The notes: generated by a model from the sequence alone, not told the origin. 64,000 bases of DNA from Flavobacteriales bacterium (GCA_002722245.1 PBLA01000033.1:229178-293177); one strand, 5' to 3'. Numbered from the stretch's first letter, positions 48,838 through 59,739 are shown. Numbers and translations are program-made.

Positions 48838-51018
48838 TTGTTAACCAATCAACGATTATCGTTCGCGGTACAAAGAATTAAATTGACTGATAATCAATGT
48901 TTTACTATTATAAAATTAGTAACGTGTAAAATTCTTGATATGGAAACTAATGATAACATTAACCCTGTTACGCATCTCGATAATCACGTAAAGGAAGTTA
49001 TTTCGGGAACTCGTAAATTCGAAAACATATACCAATCATTAACTAGACTTATTCTCGGCTCCAAGGATGAATTGAAGAAGGTTAATATCAATGGTAAATC
49101 AACCTTCGATTTTCAGGTGTTTCGTAATGGTGACAAACACATTGTAGGAATGCATGACGAATTAAATAGTTTTGTCTCCTACATTAAAGATGCGGCTGAG
49201 GGAGGCTCATCAAAAGAGATGTCATTTGTGCTCATTGGAGAACCCGGTAACGGAAAAACTTTTTTTGTTGATTATTTAAGTGCCTTATATCGTAAGTTCA
49301 TTGCAATCCCTGAAAATAACCGGTTTACATTTCAATTTAAAAATTTAGACAAACTTGGAAAGTATGGTCAATTGAATAGGATTGAATCTCAAACTTTTGA
49401 GGACCCGATGATTTTAGCAATGAATTTATTTGAGTCCAAATCAGATAACATTGATTATTTGCAAAAACTGGGAGCATCTGATGAGAACATTACAACGTTT
49501 TATACCAATTACAGACCTCTTGGGGCATGTTCCGATTATATTTTACAAGAAATAAAAGAGCACACGAATAATGATGTAGGTGTGATATTAGATCACTACA
49601 TCGACATCACAAAAGTACCTATCAGTGAGTCCAGAGGAACGCTTACAGGTAAGTATGCAGCTAAAGACAAAATCACCTCTTCGGCCGTTGATTTATTAGG
49701 TGAGGAATCAATATCAAGATTGTTACACATTACCGATACCAATAATCCCTATAGGTTTGACTTAAGAAGGGGTGCTTTAGCACGTGTTGCAGGTGGAGGA
49801 ATCCATTTTGCAGATGAAATCTTTAAAAATAAAAAAGATTTGGTTCAAGTTTATTTGGGAGTCATACAAAACCGAACCATTGAAATGGAAGGGTTTAAAT
49901 GGCCTTTAGATACCCTTATTGTCGCAACAAGTAATAATGCTGAGTTTGGTCGTTTCCTTGCAGAAAAAGAAGAAGCTCCAATCGTGGACAGATGTAGAAT
50001 TACCTATATGTCACACAACACCAACTATATACTTCAAAAAAAATTAACCGAATATGCATTGGGGAATCAGAATAAAACGAACTTTTTAAATGAAAAAATG
50101 CACGTAGATCCCAATTTGAATTATGCAATATCTACTGCAATTGTATTATCTCGAATGCCCAAATCCAATAAATTAACCCCTGTTGAGATGATGAAATTGG
50201 CTGCGGGAGAAACAGCAGGAGAAAAAAGTATTAAAACATTAAGTGAAGTTATTAATGAATTAAATAAAGATCCTGACATTACTAAACGCTTTGGCCAAAA
50301 AGGACTTGGGCATAGAAACCTTGGTAGGACACTACAAATTCTCTTGGAAAGATCAGAAACTCAAGAAGGCAAGTGTATGTACGCTGGTGATGTATTTATT
50401 GCCTTAGAGAGTGTTATTCTAGATTATGTAACGACTCCTGAAGACCGAACAAAATTCTTGAATGATTTAAAAATAGCGAAAGGTCTGCATCGAAAAAACA
50501 TAATGACCACCATTTTTAATGCCTATATGGATGAACCGCATGCGATAGAAAAAGATGTGATCAATTATGTGAACATGGTAATAGGAATTGATGCCAAAAA
50601 TTTGGGACCTGATAAAATATGGACCTATCACGATCCTCAGTCTGGAAAATTAGTGCCAATCAAAATAGATGAGGCCTTTATTGATAGTGTAGAATCAAGA
50701 TTAGGATTAGGTAATAAAGAACAAAAGCAAAGCTTCAGAACGACGATATCTAAAATTTACGGTCAAAAAATAGTGAAAGATCCAAACTATAATTTTATGG
50801 ATAATAACGACTTAGTAAAAGCGGTGACAGAAGTCCGATTAAAATCAGATATTGCTGGAGCGGGAAGTTTAGTTGGTGCGCTATCCAATCGAACCAATGA
50901 AGAAAACCAAAAATTATATAATCGGGTGTTAAATACAATGAGTAATAAACTAGGATATTGTAAAACATGTGCTTTAAAAACAATTGAATACTTCTGTACA
51001 CATGATGATGAAAACTAA
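48838..51018 (+). CDS. PrkA-family P-loop ATPase / Ser-kinase-like protein (YeaG homologue), copy 1
   Basis: Walker A VLIGEPGNGKTFF preceded by a PrkA-like N-domain; VAGGGIHFADEIFK and IVATSNNAEF mirror the PrkA ANRGF..VGTTNP region. Confidence 0.6.
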   Translation: MLTNQRLSFAVQRIKLTDNQCFTIIKLVTCKILDMETNDNINPVTHLDNHVKEVISGTRKFENIYQSLTRLILGSKDELKKVNINGKSTFDFQVFRNGDKHIVGMHDELNSFVSYIKDAAEGGSSKEMSFVLIGEPGNGKTFFVDYLSALYRKFIAIPENNRFTFQFKNLDKLGKYGQLNRIESQTFEDPMILAMNLFESKSDNIDYLQKLGASDENITTFYTNYRPLGACSDYILQEIKEHTNNDVGVILDHYIDITKVPISESRGTLTGKYAAKDKITSSAVDLLGEESISRLLHITDTNNPYRFDLRRGALARVAGGGIHFADEIFKNKKDLVQVYLGVIQNRTIEMEGFKWPLDTLIVATSNNAEFGRFLAEKEEAPIVDRCRITYMSHNTNYILQKKLTEYALGNQNKTNFLNEKMHVDPNLNYAISTAIVLSRMPKSNKLTPVEMMKLAAGETAGEKSIKTLSEVINELNKDPDITKRFGQKGLGHRNLGRTLQILLERSETQEGKCMYAGDVFIALESVILDYVTTPEDRTKFLNDLKIAKGLHRKNIMTTIFNAYMDEPHAIEKDVINYVNMVIGIDAKNLGPDKIWTYHDPQSGKLVPIKIDEAFIDSVESRLGLGNKEQKQSFRTTISKIYGQKIVKDPNYNFMDNNDLVKAVTEVRLKSDIAGAGSLVGALSNRTNEENQKLYNRVLNTMSNKLGYCKTCALKTIEYFCTHDDEN

Positions 51019-51020
51019 AC

Positions 51021-52280
51021 ATGAATCAGCATCAGAAAAGTCATATCAACCCTTTTATTGGGAAATCTTCCAATTTACGATTGGAGGAAATTGTATGGAA
51101 GAACCATTCGTACAACCCCGTTATTTCCCTTCAAACACTGGATGAATTATTAGAAAGGGATAACCAGAGGGAAGAAGATGGTTTTGAGCGGAAAATAAAA
51201 CTGGGTAAAATTGTTAAACCTAGCGAGAACGGTTCTAATGAAATTGTGATAGTTCCAACAACCATTGAAACAAAATTTTATCACGACAACTCAGTTACCA
51301 ATGAGGATGAAATGGTTGGGGGAACCGGAACAGAGGAAGAAGGAACCATTTTAGGGGAACAAAGAAATCAACCCGATGGAGAGGAAGGCGATGGAATGGG
51401 GCCTGGAAATGGAGAAGAAAAAGGCCATGATTTAAACTCAGATGCCTACAATCTTGGTAAGGTATTAACTAACCATTTTAACCTTCCTAATCTTCAGCAA
51501 AAAGGCATAAAAAAAAGTCTTACCCAGTATTCCTATGACCTCACAGATTTAAATAAAGGATTTGGACAGTTAATTGATAAAAAGCAAACCCTAAAAAGAG
51601 TCATTAAAACAAATATACTTTTGGGTAATATTAGTATTAATAAAGAACCTGATCTTTCTAAACTGATTAATTCTCCTCAGGACACGATATATAAAATTCT
51701 TTCCAGGGAGAAGAGTTATGAAACAGAGGCATTGGTTTTCTTTGTCCGAGATTATTCAGGATCCATGCAAGGAGCAGCTTCTGAAGCGGTGCTTACCCAA
51801 CACTTATTTTTATATAGTTGGTTAATGTACCAATACAACAAAAAAGTAAAAACCAAATTTATCCTGCATGATACAGAAGCCAAAGAGGTTCACGACTTTA
51901 ACACCTACTACCGGTCAAACGTGGCAGGAGGAACACAAATACATCCTGCTTTCAATTTAGTAAACACACTTATCGAAAACGAACAACTTCACCTTTCCAA
52001 TAATATTTATGTTTTTTATGGTTCCGACGGTGACGACTGGAAAGACAATAACAACACGTTAATTAAAGAATTAAAAAAACTCGCCGGATTCGTGAACCGA
52101 ATTGGAATTTTGGTTGCTCGAAATGCAAGTAGCAGTTTGCCCACAACGTTAGAAACAAACATTGAAGAATCAAATATATTAAGTGAATTACGCGATAAAC
52201 TCAAATTAAGTAGAGTAAACGCAAATGATTTTACCGAGGAACAAATAATTGATTCTATAAAATTCTTTCTTACGGTATGA
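51021..52280 (+). CDS. YhbH/YeaH (DUF444) family protein with a C-terminal vWA domain
   Basis: 419 aa; acidic/Gly-rich middle; vWA MIDAS-like DYSGSM. Confidence 0.6.
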   Translation: MNQHQKSHINPFIGKSSNLRLEEIVWKNHSYNPVISLQTLDELLERDNQREEDGFERKIKLGKIVKPSENGSNEIVIVPTTIETKFYHDNSVTNEDEMVGGTGTEEEGTILGEQRNQPDGEEGDGMGPGNGEEKGHDLNSDAYNLGKVLTNHFNLPNLQQKGIKKSLTQYSYDLTDLNKGFGQLIDKKQTLKRVIKTNILLGNISINKEPDLSKLINSPQDTIYKILSREKSYETEALVFFVRDYSGSMQGAASEAVLTQHLFLYSWLMYQYNKKVKTKFILHDTEAKEVHDFNTYYRSNVAGGTQIHPAFNLVNTLIENEQLHLSNNIYVFYGSDGDDWKDNNNTLIKELKKLAGFVNRIGILVARNASSSLPTTLETNIEESNILSELRDKLKLSRVNANDFTEEQIIDSIKFFLTV

Positions 52281-53866
52281 AATTAATTAATCAACATACC
52301 AAAAAAATTATGGAAGGGTGTAAAGAAAGAGCCCTCGATGCAGGACTAAGTTTCGACCGAGAAAGCCTTGAATACGTTGTTACTAATACAGACCTTATTG
52401 AGCTTCAGCCCAAAGTAATGATCCCAACAATGTACGATTTTTGGGTCAACGATATTCAAGTCATTCAAGGGAAAGAAAAATATAAAGTATATCCTCATAA
52501 CCCCTATGAAACCGTTATAAATTCACGACCAGCTATTTCATTTTATAATGATAATAATCCCGATTGGTTAAATGTGATGATTTTTTATCATGTGTTGGCA
52601 CACATTGATTTCTTCCAAAACAACCAACTCTTCTCCAACACTTGGAATGAAGATTTTGTTGGGAAGGCATTAGCCGACAAAAGACAAATATCCTCGCTTA
52701 GAAATAGACATGGTCGTTGGGTGGATTATATTATAGAATTTTCGCGAAGTATTGATAACCTCATTGGTTTTTTTCCCAATTTACAAGAAAGCATTACACC
52801 AACAGTTGGGAATGACATGGCCAGTTACTATTTCAATATTTTTTGTCAAAAAAACCTAAAACTCAACGAGCACTTTGTGTTCAATCAAATTGAACGCTAC
52901 AATAGTTTAATCAACAAAAACCCTCAGGTAGGTGAGGTACTTTTTTTCAATGAAATCATCAAAAAACATCCTGAATTTGAAATTGAATTTCAAAAGCACT
53001 TAACCTCAAGCAATACTGTGAAAAAAGATGTGATTGAATTCATTAGAGACCACTCTCCTTTTTTAAATAAAGAAGAGAACAAGTGGATGAAAACAGTCAT
53101 TAATATTATTCGCGACGCATCGCTTTATTTCAGCCCACAGATGAGAACAAAAATTATCAACGAAGGATGGGCCTCTTTTTGGCATGATCGGCTTTTTCGA
53201 TCAGATGACCGTATAAACGGGAACGAAATTCAATACGCAAAAATTAATGCTGCGGTAACCTCAATTAGCAGAGTGGGATTAAACCCATATGCAATAGGTC
53301 TTAGACTCATTCAAGAAGTAGAAGAACTTGGAAACAGAGGCATGCTTAGTCATGAATTCGACAAACTCAAAAATATTGAACAGCGCGAGCGCTTCAATAC
53401 GAATACAAACAAAGGACTCGATGCCATTTTTCATCTTAGAAAAAACTACTCTGATTTCACATTAATTAATGCCTTTGTCAATCAGGATTTTGTTACCAAA
53501 CACCAGCTCATGGTTATTGGAAAAAGAATCAATGAAGATCGTAACACTACAGAATACTATGTAAAAAGTAAAAAAGCATCTGATTATAAGAAAATGCTGT
53601 TAGACAGTTTATATCATCCTCCTTCAATCAAAATTGATGAAGTAAAAACGAACGATAAATGTCTTTATCTCATTCATGAATTTGAAGGGAAACAACTCTT
53701 AAAAAGCCACATAAAAAGTACCATGATGGGAATTGCATTTTTATGGGGGGGACATGTTGAATTAATCACAAATGAAATACGGCAAAATAAATCTGACGGA
53801 ACGAGCTGGCATAAAAAAATCATTTACAGTTACAAAAAAGGCACCTTATCAAAAGAAGAACTTTAA
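52277..53866 (+). CDS. SpoVR/YcgB family protein
   Basis: Signature MIFYHVLAHIDFFQNN matches the SpoVR AHVLAHxDFFKNN motif; 529 aa. Confidence 0.65.
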   Translation: MKLINQHTKKIMEGCKERALDAGLSFDRESLEYVVTNTDLIELQPKVMIPTMYDFWVNDIQVIQGKEKYKVYPHNPYETVINSRPAISFYNDNNPDWLNVMIFYHVLAHIDFFQNNQLFSNTWNEDFVGKALADKRQISSLRNRHGRWVDYIIEFSRSIDNLIGFFPNLQESITPTVGNDMASYYFNIFCQKNLKLNEHFVFNQIERYNSLINKNPQVGEVLFFNEIIKKHPEFEIEFQKHLTSSNTVKKDVIEFIRDHSPFLNKEENKWMKTVINIIRDASLYFSPQMRTKIINEGWASFWHDRLFRSDDRINGNEIQYAKINAAVTSISRVGLNPYAIGLRLIQEVEELGNRGMLSHEFDKLKNIEQRERFNTNTNKGLDAIFHLRKNYSDFTLINAFVNQDFVTKHQLMVIGKRINEDRNTTEYYVKSKKASDYKKMLLDSLYHPPSIKIDEVKTNDKCLYLIHEFEGKQLLKSHIKSTMMGIAFLWGGHVELITNEIRQNKSDGTSWHKKIIYSYKKGTLSKEEL

Positions 53867-56118
53867 TGAAAAAATCAAATGAAAATAATCAATCTGAAAA
53901 TCTACACGAGGCTTTAGAGCAACTCAGTAAGCATTTGGTAGAAAAGGAACGACTAAAACCTATTCCCTTTAGGAACTTTTTGGAATTAATCGTTGAAAAC
54001 CCTTACTCTACATTTCGAGATATTTTTCAGGTTTTTCATGATATGGTACATTTTTATGTAAAAGAACATAAAGAGAGAAGTAAAAATCTTTTTGCCGAAT
54101 CTTATTTTAAAAATTACAACTGTTATCCATTACTTCAAGACGGCTGCGACAATCCTTTTTTTGCTGATCGACTTTTCGCCAATCGTTTTATGAACCTAGT
54201 AAATGGGTTTAAAGATGGAACACGAACCAATCAAATTGTTCTTTTTGATGGTCCTCCAGGAAGTGGAAAAAGTACCTTTTTAAATAACCTTTTACACAAA
54301 TTGGAAGATTACACAAAAACGAATAATGGATCCATGTATTCTACCTACTGGAAATTAGATGTAGAAAAACTGGGAGGATTATCTCAAAGTGCACAAGAGA
54401 TTATTTCTACGATAAAAAAAGAAAAAACAAAAGTATATAATGAAAAATACCTGGAGTTCCTTTGTCCTAGCCATGATCATCCTATCTTACTCATACCCAA
54501 AGAATATCGAAAAACATTTTTAAGCAACTTAATTGATGATAAAGATGTTCTCAAAAGACTATTTAAAGAGAAACAATTTGAGTGGATTTTTAATGATGTA
54601 CCATGCAGTATTTGTAAGTCCTTATATAATGCTTTATTGGATAAGTTGGAAAATGCACAAGCCGTTTATAATATGGTTAATGCCAAAAAAGTTCGATTTA
54701 ATAGACAATTCGGCGATGGAATAAGCTTGTATAATCCAGGTGATCAAATCTATAAAAAGCCCATCACAAATAAACTACTTGAAGAAAAAATTAATAACCT
54801 CGTTAAAGGTGAGCATATTCATTTCATCTATTCCATTTTAGCAAAAACAAATAATGGCGTTTTCGCTTTAATGGATATCAAAGAAGAAAACATTAAACGA
54901 TTAATTCAACTTCATGGTGTTATTAGTGACGGTATTCATAAAGTAGAATTAATTGAAGAACGAATAAAGTCGTTATTTTTTGGACTTGTTAATCCCGGTG
55001 ATAAAGTACACTACTCGGATATTCCCTCTTTTAATGACCGAGTTGTTGAAGTTAAAATCCCTTATATTCTAGACTATAATATAGAGGTGTCAATTTATAA
55101 AAATCAACTTGGCGAGGGTATTGAAGAAGCCTTTCTCCCAGGAGTTCTTCAAAACTTTGCCAAAATAATGGTAAGTTCACGATTATCAGAGGAATCCAAA
55201 ACAATTAAAAATTGGATTCGAAAAGCAAGTGACTATAAAAATTATGTTGATAATGATTTTCATTTATTAAAAATGGAACTCTATTCAGGAACCATACCTT
55301 TCTGGTTAAAAGAGTCGGATATAAAAGCATTTGACTCCAATGTAAAAAGAGGACTTTTGAGAGAGTCCGAATCTGAAGGGAATTCAGGATTCACAGGAAG
55401 ACAAAGCATTAACATTTTCCGCAACTTTTTATCGCAATATAAAAAGCCAAATCACTTAATCACCATGGCGGAAGTGGAATCTTTTTTCGTGAAAAGTAAA
55501 ACGAAACTCTTTAAAGAACATATTGCAAGAGATTTCATATCATTTATGAAGAAAATGTACGATTTCAATCTATTACAAGAAATCAAAGAATGTATTTACT
55601 ATTACAATAAATCTCAAATTTCAAAAGATATTTTGAATTATATCTACGCATTAAGTTTTGATAAAGGAGAAGAAATTTTCAATCCTTACACGAAAGAAGT
55701 CATCAAAATTGACGACAATTTTTTCAGCTTATTTGAATCCGTTATTCTCTCCCAGGATGAAGAAGAAATAAAGATCTATCGGAAAGACATTCAAACCACT
55801 TATATATCTCAAACCTTAGCTCAGGAAATTCAAATTGAAGGCTTACCAATTGAAGAAACGACACTTTATAAAAAAATCCTAGACAGATATACCCGAAGCC
55901 TCAAAAAAAATGCCTTAACACCATTTGTAGAAAATGAAAACTTTAGAAGGGCATTACTTGACTATGAATCGGAGTTATTCTCCAAATACGATATTCGTTT
56001 GAAAAATAGTGTAACCCACCTTATTACAAACCTAATCAATAAATATGGCTATACAATGGAAGGTGCTATTCAAGTCTCAATCTATCTGGTAGATAACAAA
56101 TTGTATTTATCCAACTAA
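53866..56118 (+). CDS. Second PrkA-family P-loop ATPase paralog
   Basis: FADRLFANRFMNLVNGF...IVLFDGPPGSGKSTF (PrkA N-domain plus Walker A); ILAKTNNGVFALMDIKEEN mirrors the PrkA ANRGF region. Confidence 0.55.
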   Translation: MKKSNENNQSENLHEALEQLSKHLVEKERLKPIPFRNFLELIVENPYSTFRDIFQVFHDMVHFYVKEHKERSKNLFAESYFKNYNCYPLLQDGCDNPFFADRLFANRFMNLVNGFKDGTRTNQIVLFDGPPGSGKSTFLNNLLHKLEDYTKTNNGSMYSTYWKLDVEKLGGLSQSAQEIISTIKKEKTKVYNEKYLEFLCPSHDHPILLIPKEYRKTFLSNLIDDKDVLKRLFKEKQFEWIFNDVPCSICKSLYNALLDKLENAQAVYNMVNAKKVRFNRQFGDGISLYNPGDQIYKKPITNKLLEEKINNLVKGEHIHFIYSILAKTNNGVFALMDIKEENIKRLIQLHGVISDGIHKVELIEERIKSLFFGLVNPGDKVHYSDIPSFNDRVVEVKIPYILDYNIEVSIYKNQLGEGIEEAFLPGVLQNFAKIMVSSRLSEESKTIKNWIRKASDYKNYVDNDFHLLKMELYSGTIPFWLKESDIKAFDSNVKRGLLRESESEGNSGFTGRQSINIFRNFLSQYKKPNHLITMAEVESFFVKSKTKLFKEHIARDFISFMKKMYDFNLLQEIKECIYYYNKSQISKDILNYIYALSFDKGEEIFNPYTKEVIKIDDNFFSLFESVILSQDEEEIKIYRKDIQTTYISQTLAQEIQIEGLPIEETTLYKKILDRYTRSLKKNALTPFVENENFRRALLDYESELFSKYDIRLKNSVTHLITNLINKYGYTMEGAIQVSIYLVDNKLYLSN

Positions 56119-56172
56119 AAACTTATTCAATAAAATTAAGGACATAGATAAATTCCGTATCTTAAATTTAGA

Positions 56173-58857
56173 ATGCAGAACAAGGTTAACCCTCACATTC
56201 AATTTTTCACCGACTGTTACAAAGCGGAAAACAACTCATTCTATATTCAAGATTTTCTCAACAATAAAATTGAACACAAACATTGGGAGAAAAACGAAGA
56301 ATTACTTAACCATAATTTACCCATTATTCCAATTCCTGAACAATATGCAAAAAAGATAATTGCATCAGAATTAATGTATGGACAAGAAAAGGAGTTACTT
56401 TATTGTTCCTTATTCTTAATTGGAAATGGACTTGGATTAGATGGAAAAAAACAAAGGATATGTTCTCCGCTATTAATTTTCAAAGCAAAATGCTTTAAAA
56501 AGGATGAATTCCATTATGTAAAATTGGATTATACCTCTGGTTTTTTTAATTCACAAGCTTTAAATGCAGCAGGTTCAAAAAATGGAGAGATAGATCTTGA
56601 ACAAATACTTTCTAAAATAGATTTATCACAACCGATCACAGTTGGAGAAATTGGAAGAATAGTTGATACTATTCAAATTGAATACTCTAATATAAATGCT
56701 GACGATTTACTTCTATACCCTCAATATATTGAACCTGCTAAAATTAAGACCAGAATTTCCAACCTTAAAAATGGAACTTTTGAACTAATAAATGCCGCCT
56801 CTCTGGCCATTGTATCAAAATCAAAAAATGCGCGAGAAATTTTATTTGAGTTAGAGGAACTATGCAAAAAAGGAAACTACTCAAATGTAATTAATGGATT
56901 AATTAATAGAACGAAGGAAGTTCCTAAATTAGATTCCAAACCATTAACCACTGCAACTTTAAGCCAAGCACAAACAAAATGTTTAATTAATGCAAACAGT
57001 TATACCAACAGTGTGATTGTGGGTCCACCTGGTACGGGTAAATCGTTCACAATAGCAAATATTGCGTTAGATCAAATGTCTAAAGGGAAGTCTGTTTTAA
57101 TCATATCTAAAACTTCAGAAGCTGTTGGAGTTCTAAAGCAAATTATCAAAAGCGAATTCAATGCTAATAACTCTATTATTGACTTAAGTCAATCCCTTCG
57201 GTTTATAAAAAATAGATTGGAAAAACTTGAATGGAATCTGTTAAAGTTGGAGAAAAAAAAGAGTTCATCAAAGATAAAAATGGATATAAATGATGCGAAT
57301 GATTTATTAAATAATTTAGCATCTAATTTTACAAAAAAATCAAAAAAAGAAATACATTGGTCATCCAAATATTTAAACAATCAAAAATCTGTTTTTATAA
57401 ATTTAAAAGAGAAATGGAAAAAACTTCTAAACAACCACTCTATTCCCTTTTGGAAAATTATCTACTCTATCCAAATCGTACAAGAACAAAGAGAGAATTA
57501 TGCCCGACAATATTTTAATGCACTCGGAATAGAGAAACTTCTTAAAGGAAGAAAAGCATATTATAATTCTTTAAAATTTTTCTCCAAAGTATTAAGTGCT
57601 AGAACAGGTAGAAAAAGAAAAGAATATTATCAAAACATTCGCATAAGCGAACTACAAGCAACATTTCCAATTTGGCTTTCCAAATTATCTGGACTCTCTA
57701 AATGTTTACCACTCGATGAAAATCAATTTGATTTAGTAATCATTGACGAAGCCTCCCAATGTGATATACCATCTTGTTTACCTGCTCTACAAAGGGCAAA
57801 AAGGGCAGTATTCGTTGGCGATCCTAAACAACTTCGATTTATATCGTTTATGCCCAAATTCAAAGAACATTCTCTTCAGGAAAAACATAATGTCTTTGCG
57901 GATTATAAAGGTAATTCCATTCTAGATTTTGCCATTGACAGTCTCCAAGAATCTGATCAGATTGTCATGCTAAACGAACACTTTAGATGTCACCCTTCCA
58001 TCATAAACTTTAGTAACGAAGAGTTTTACTTCAAAGGGCTAAATGTAATGAAACTGACCCCTTCTTCGCATCAAAATTCCAAACAACTCTTCCAAAGAAT
58101 AAATGGAAAAAGAACTAAAGCTGGAGTAAACAAAGAAGAAATTGATTACATCATTGAAGAAATCAAAAAGATTATTGAAGAAGAAGTTTTACTTGCCCGT
58201 AAGATGAAAACTAAAATTGGTATTATATCTCCATTTAGACATCAAGCAGATGCCATTGCGAAAGTATTGATAGATTCATTTACCTCAGAAGAAATAAACA
58301 AACACCAAATAAGATGCTCAACGCCCTACTCTTTCCAAGGTCAAGAACGAGATATAATTTTTATTTCTATTTCATTAGATGGTGATTCCCATGGATCGGC
58401 TTTTGCCTACATGAATAAAGAAGATGTATTTAATGTTTGTGTTACTCGAGCAAAACATAAGCAAGTAGTAGTTTATTCTTTTGATATGGAAACTTTAGCT
58501 AATCATCATTTAATAAAAAAAATGTACCAGCTCGAACTGAAAGAAGATCAAAAATGGATAAAACCAACAGAGGAAAAAGATGCCTTTTCAAAAGAAATCA
58601 TAAAAACATTGGAAAATATGAAGTTTGAAATTTTTCCTCGTTTTCAATTTTCCTCGTTAGATGTGGATCTATTAGTTAAACGAAATAATCGATTTATAGG
58701 AATTGACTTAATTGGCTATCCTGGGGAAATGGCTTCTGAATTTAAATTGGAACGATACAGCATGTTAAACAGAGCTGGATTTAAAACATATCCTCTGCCT
58801 TATTCTTATTGGAAGCTAAATAAAGAAAACGTGATAGATGAATTGAAAAGGCTTTAA
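56173..58857 (+). CDS. SF1 (Upf1/DNA2/NAM7-like, AAA_11/AAA_12) helicase fused to a C-terminal DUF559/Vsr-like PD-(D/E)xK endonuclease domain
   Basis: Walker A VIVGPPGTGKSF; Walker B/motif II LVIIDEASQCD; QR-finger region; C-terminal FQFSSLDVDLLVKRNNRFIGIDLIGYP... resembles DUF559. Confidence 0.65.
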   Translation: MQNKVNPHIQFFTDCYKAENNSFYIQDFLNNKIEHKHWEKNEELLNHNLPIIPIPEQYAKKIIASELMYGQEKELLYCSLFLIGNGLGLDGKKQRICSPLLIFKAKCFKKDEFHYVKLDYTSGFFNSQALNAAGSKNGEIDLEQILSKIDLSQPITVGEIGRIVDTIQIEYSNINADDLLLYPQYIEPAKIKTRISNLKNGTFELINAASLAIVSKSKNAREILFELEELCKKGNYSNVINGLINRTKEVPKLDSKPLTTATLSQAQTKCLINANSYTNSVIVGPPGTGKSFTIANIALDQMSKGKSVLIISKTSEAVGVLKQIIKSEFNANNSIIDLSQSLRFIKNRLEKLEWNLLKLEKKKSSSKIKMDINDANDLLNNLASNFTKKSKKEIHWSSKYLNNQKSVFINLKEKWKKLLNNHSIPFWKIIYSIQIVQEQRENYARQYFNALGIEKLLKGRKAYYNSLKFFSKVLSARTGRKRKEYYQNIRISELQATFPIWLSKLSGLSKCLPLDENQFDLVIIDEASQCDIPSCLPALQRAKRAVFVGDPKQLRFISFMPKFKEHSLQEKHNVFADYKGNSILDFAIDSLQESDQIVMLNEHFRCHPSIINFSNEEFYFKGLNVMKLTPSSHQNSKQLFQRINGKRTKAGVNKEEIDYIIEEIKKIIEEEVLLARKMKTKIGIISPFRHQADAIAKVLIDSFTSEEINKHQIRCSTPYSFQGQERDIIFISISLDGDSHGSAFAYMNKEDVFNVCVTRAKHKQVVVYSFDMETLANHHLIKKMYQLELKEDQKWIKPTEEKDAFSKEIIKTLENMKFEIFPRFQFSSLDVDLLVKRNNRFIGIDLIGYPGEMASEFKLERYSMLNRAGFKTYPLPYSYWKLNKENVIDELKRL

Positions 58858-59739
58858 TTAAAAATAAAATGGTCTAATTGTCAACTTTTTTTGAGACAAC
58901 TCCAAGGCAGGAAATGGCAGTTTAACAACCATCATGGCATCAAGCAACATTCTTACAGCTTTATATTTCGTGGGGATTTTCGTCCAATCAATGTCAAGGG
59001 AGATATAATACTGACGATATCGCTTATATTCTTCAAATTGATTCCGATTTTCAAATTCACTAAACATATTTTCCCCACTATATCCAATGGCTATGTTGAA
59101 CCAATCAGGGATTCGCTCATACGGTACCAATTTGTTAAAATTTGAGCTCAGCCAATAAGTATGTCCATTATAATCATAAAAAAAACTTTCAAACTGATTT
59201 GCTCCTAAATACCAGGGTTTTTGATTCGCCATTTCAGAACGCTGATAACTCATTTTAAGTTTAACGATCTGATCATTGTATGCTAATTCCTGTCCCACCA
59301 ACAACGCTGAACCCGCTGTATTTGCCCAAACGTCCCCCCAAGAAAAGCCCCATCCTTCATACATACCATCAAACACTTCAATTGGAAACTGCAAAAAGAA
59401 TCCTAAAGGTCCTCCGTAAATTAACGCCTTGTTCTTTTTCACTCCCGCTTTCCGTAAACCATAGTATCCAGAAAAACTTTCCTTGTAAGCCGTAAGTGCA
59501 TGACCATACTTATCAATTTGAAGCCATCCTTTATTATCGTTGTAATAGTGAAACGGAACCCTTTCTTTATCCGCGTACCATATGTACTGCAAATAACTCA
59601 ATCCACCAATGTAAAAACCACTTTCTACAGCAATTAAGCTGTTTACTTTTTTCCAGTTGATGGAATCGGGAAAATTGTTGATTTGACTTTTTCCAAACAG
59701 TGGATAAGTGATGATTAAGAGGATAAAAAATTTTTTCAT
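58858..59739 (-). CDS. Hypothetical secreted/lipoprotein (possibly DUF2279-like)
   Basis: Signal peptide; Trp/Tyr-rich; no confident family. Confidence 0.3.
   Translation of the reverse strand: MKKFFILLIITYPLFGKSQINNFPDSINWKKVNSLIAVESGFYIGGLSYLQYIWYADKERVPFHYYNDNKGWLQIDKYGHALTAYKESFSGYYGLRKAGVKKNKALIYGGPLGFFLQFPIEVFDGMYEGWGFSWGDVWANTAGSALLVGQELAYNDQIVKLKMSYQRSEMANQKPWYLGANQFESFFYDYNGHTYWLSSNFNKLVPYERIPDWFNIAIGYSGENMFSEFENRNQFEEYKRYRQYYISLDIDWTKIPTKYKAVRMLLDAMMVVKLPFPALELSQKKLTIRPFYF

Noticed and set aside
48838-56118. Possibility that the two large P-loop proteins are BREX BrxC/PglY-like or other defence ATPases
   Set aside because: They flank a DUF444-vWA gene and a gene with the diagnostic SpoVR HVLAHxDFF motif. 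Both also share the PrkA-specific motif arrangement (N-domain, Walker A, ANRG-like segment). The stress-response PrkA triad explains them better than a defence system.
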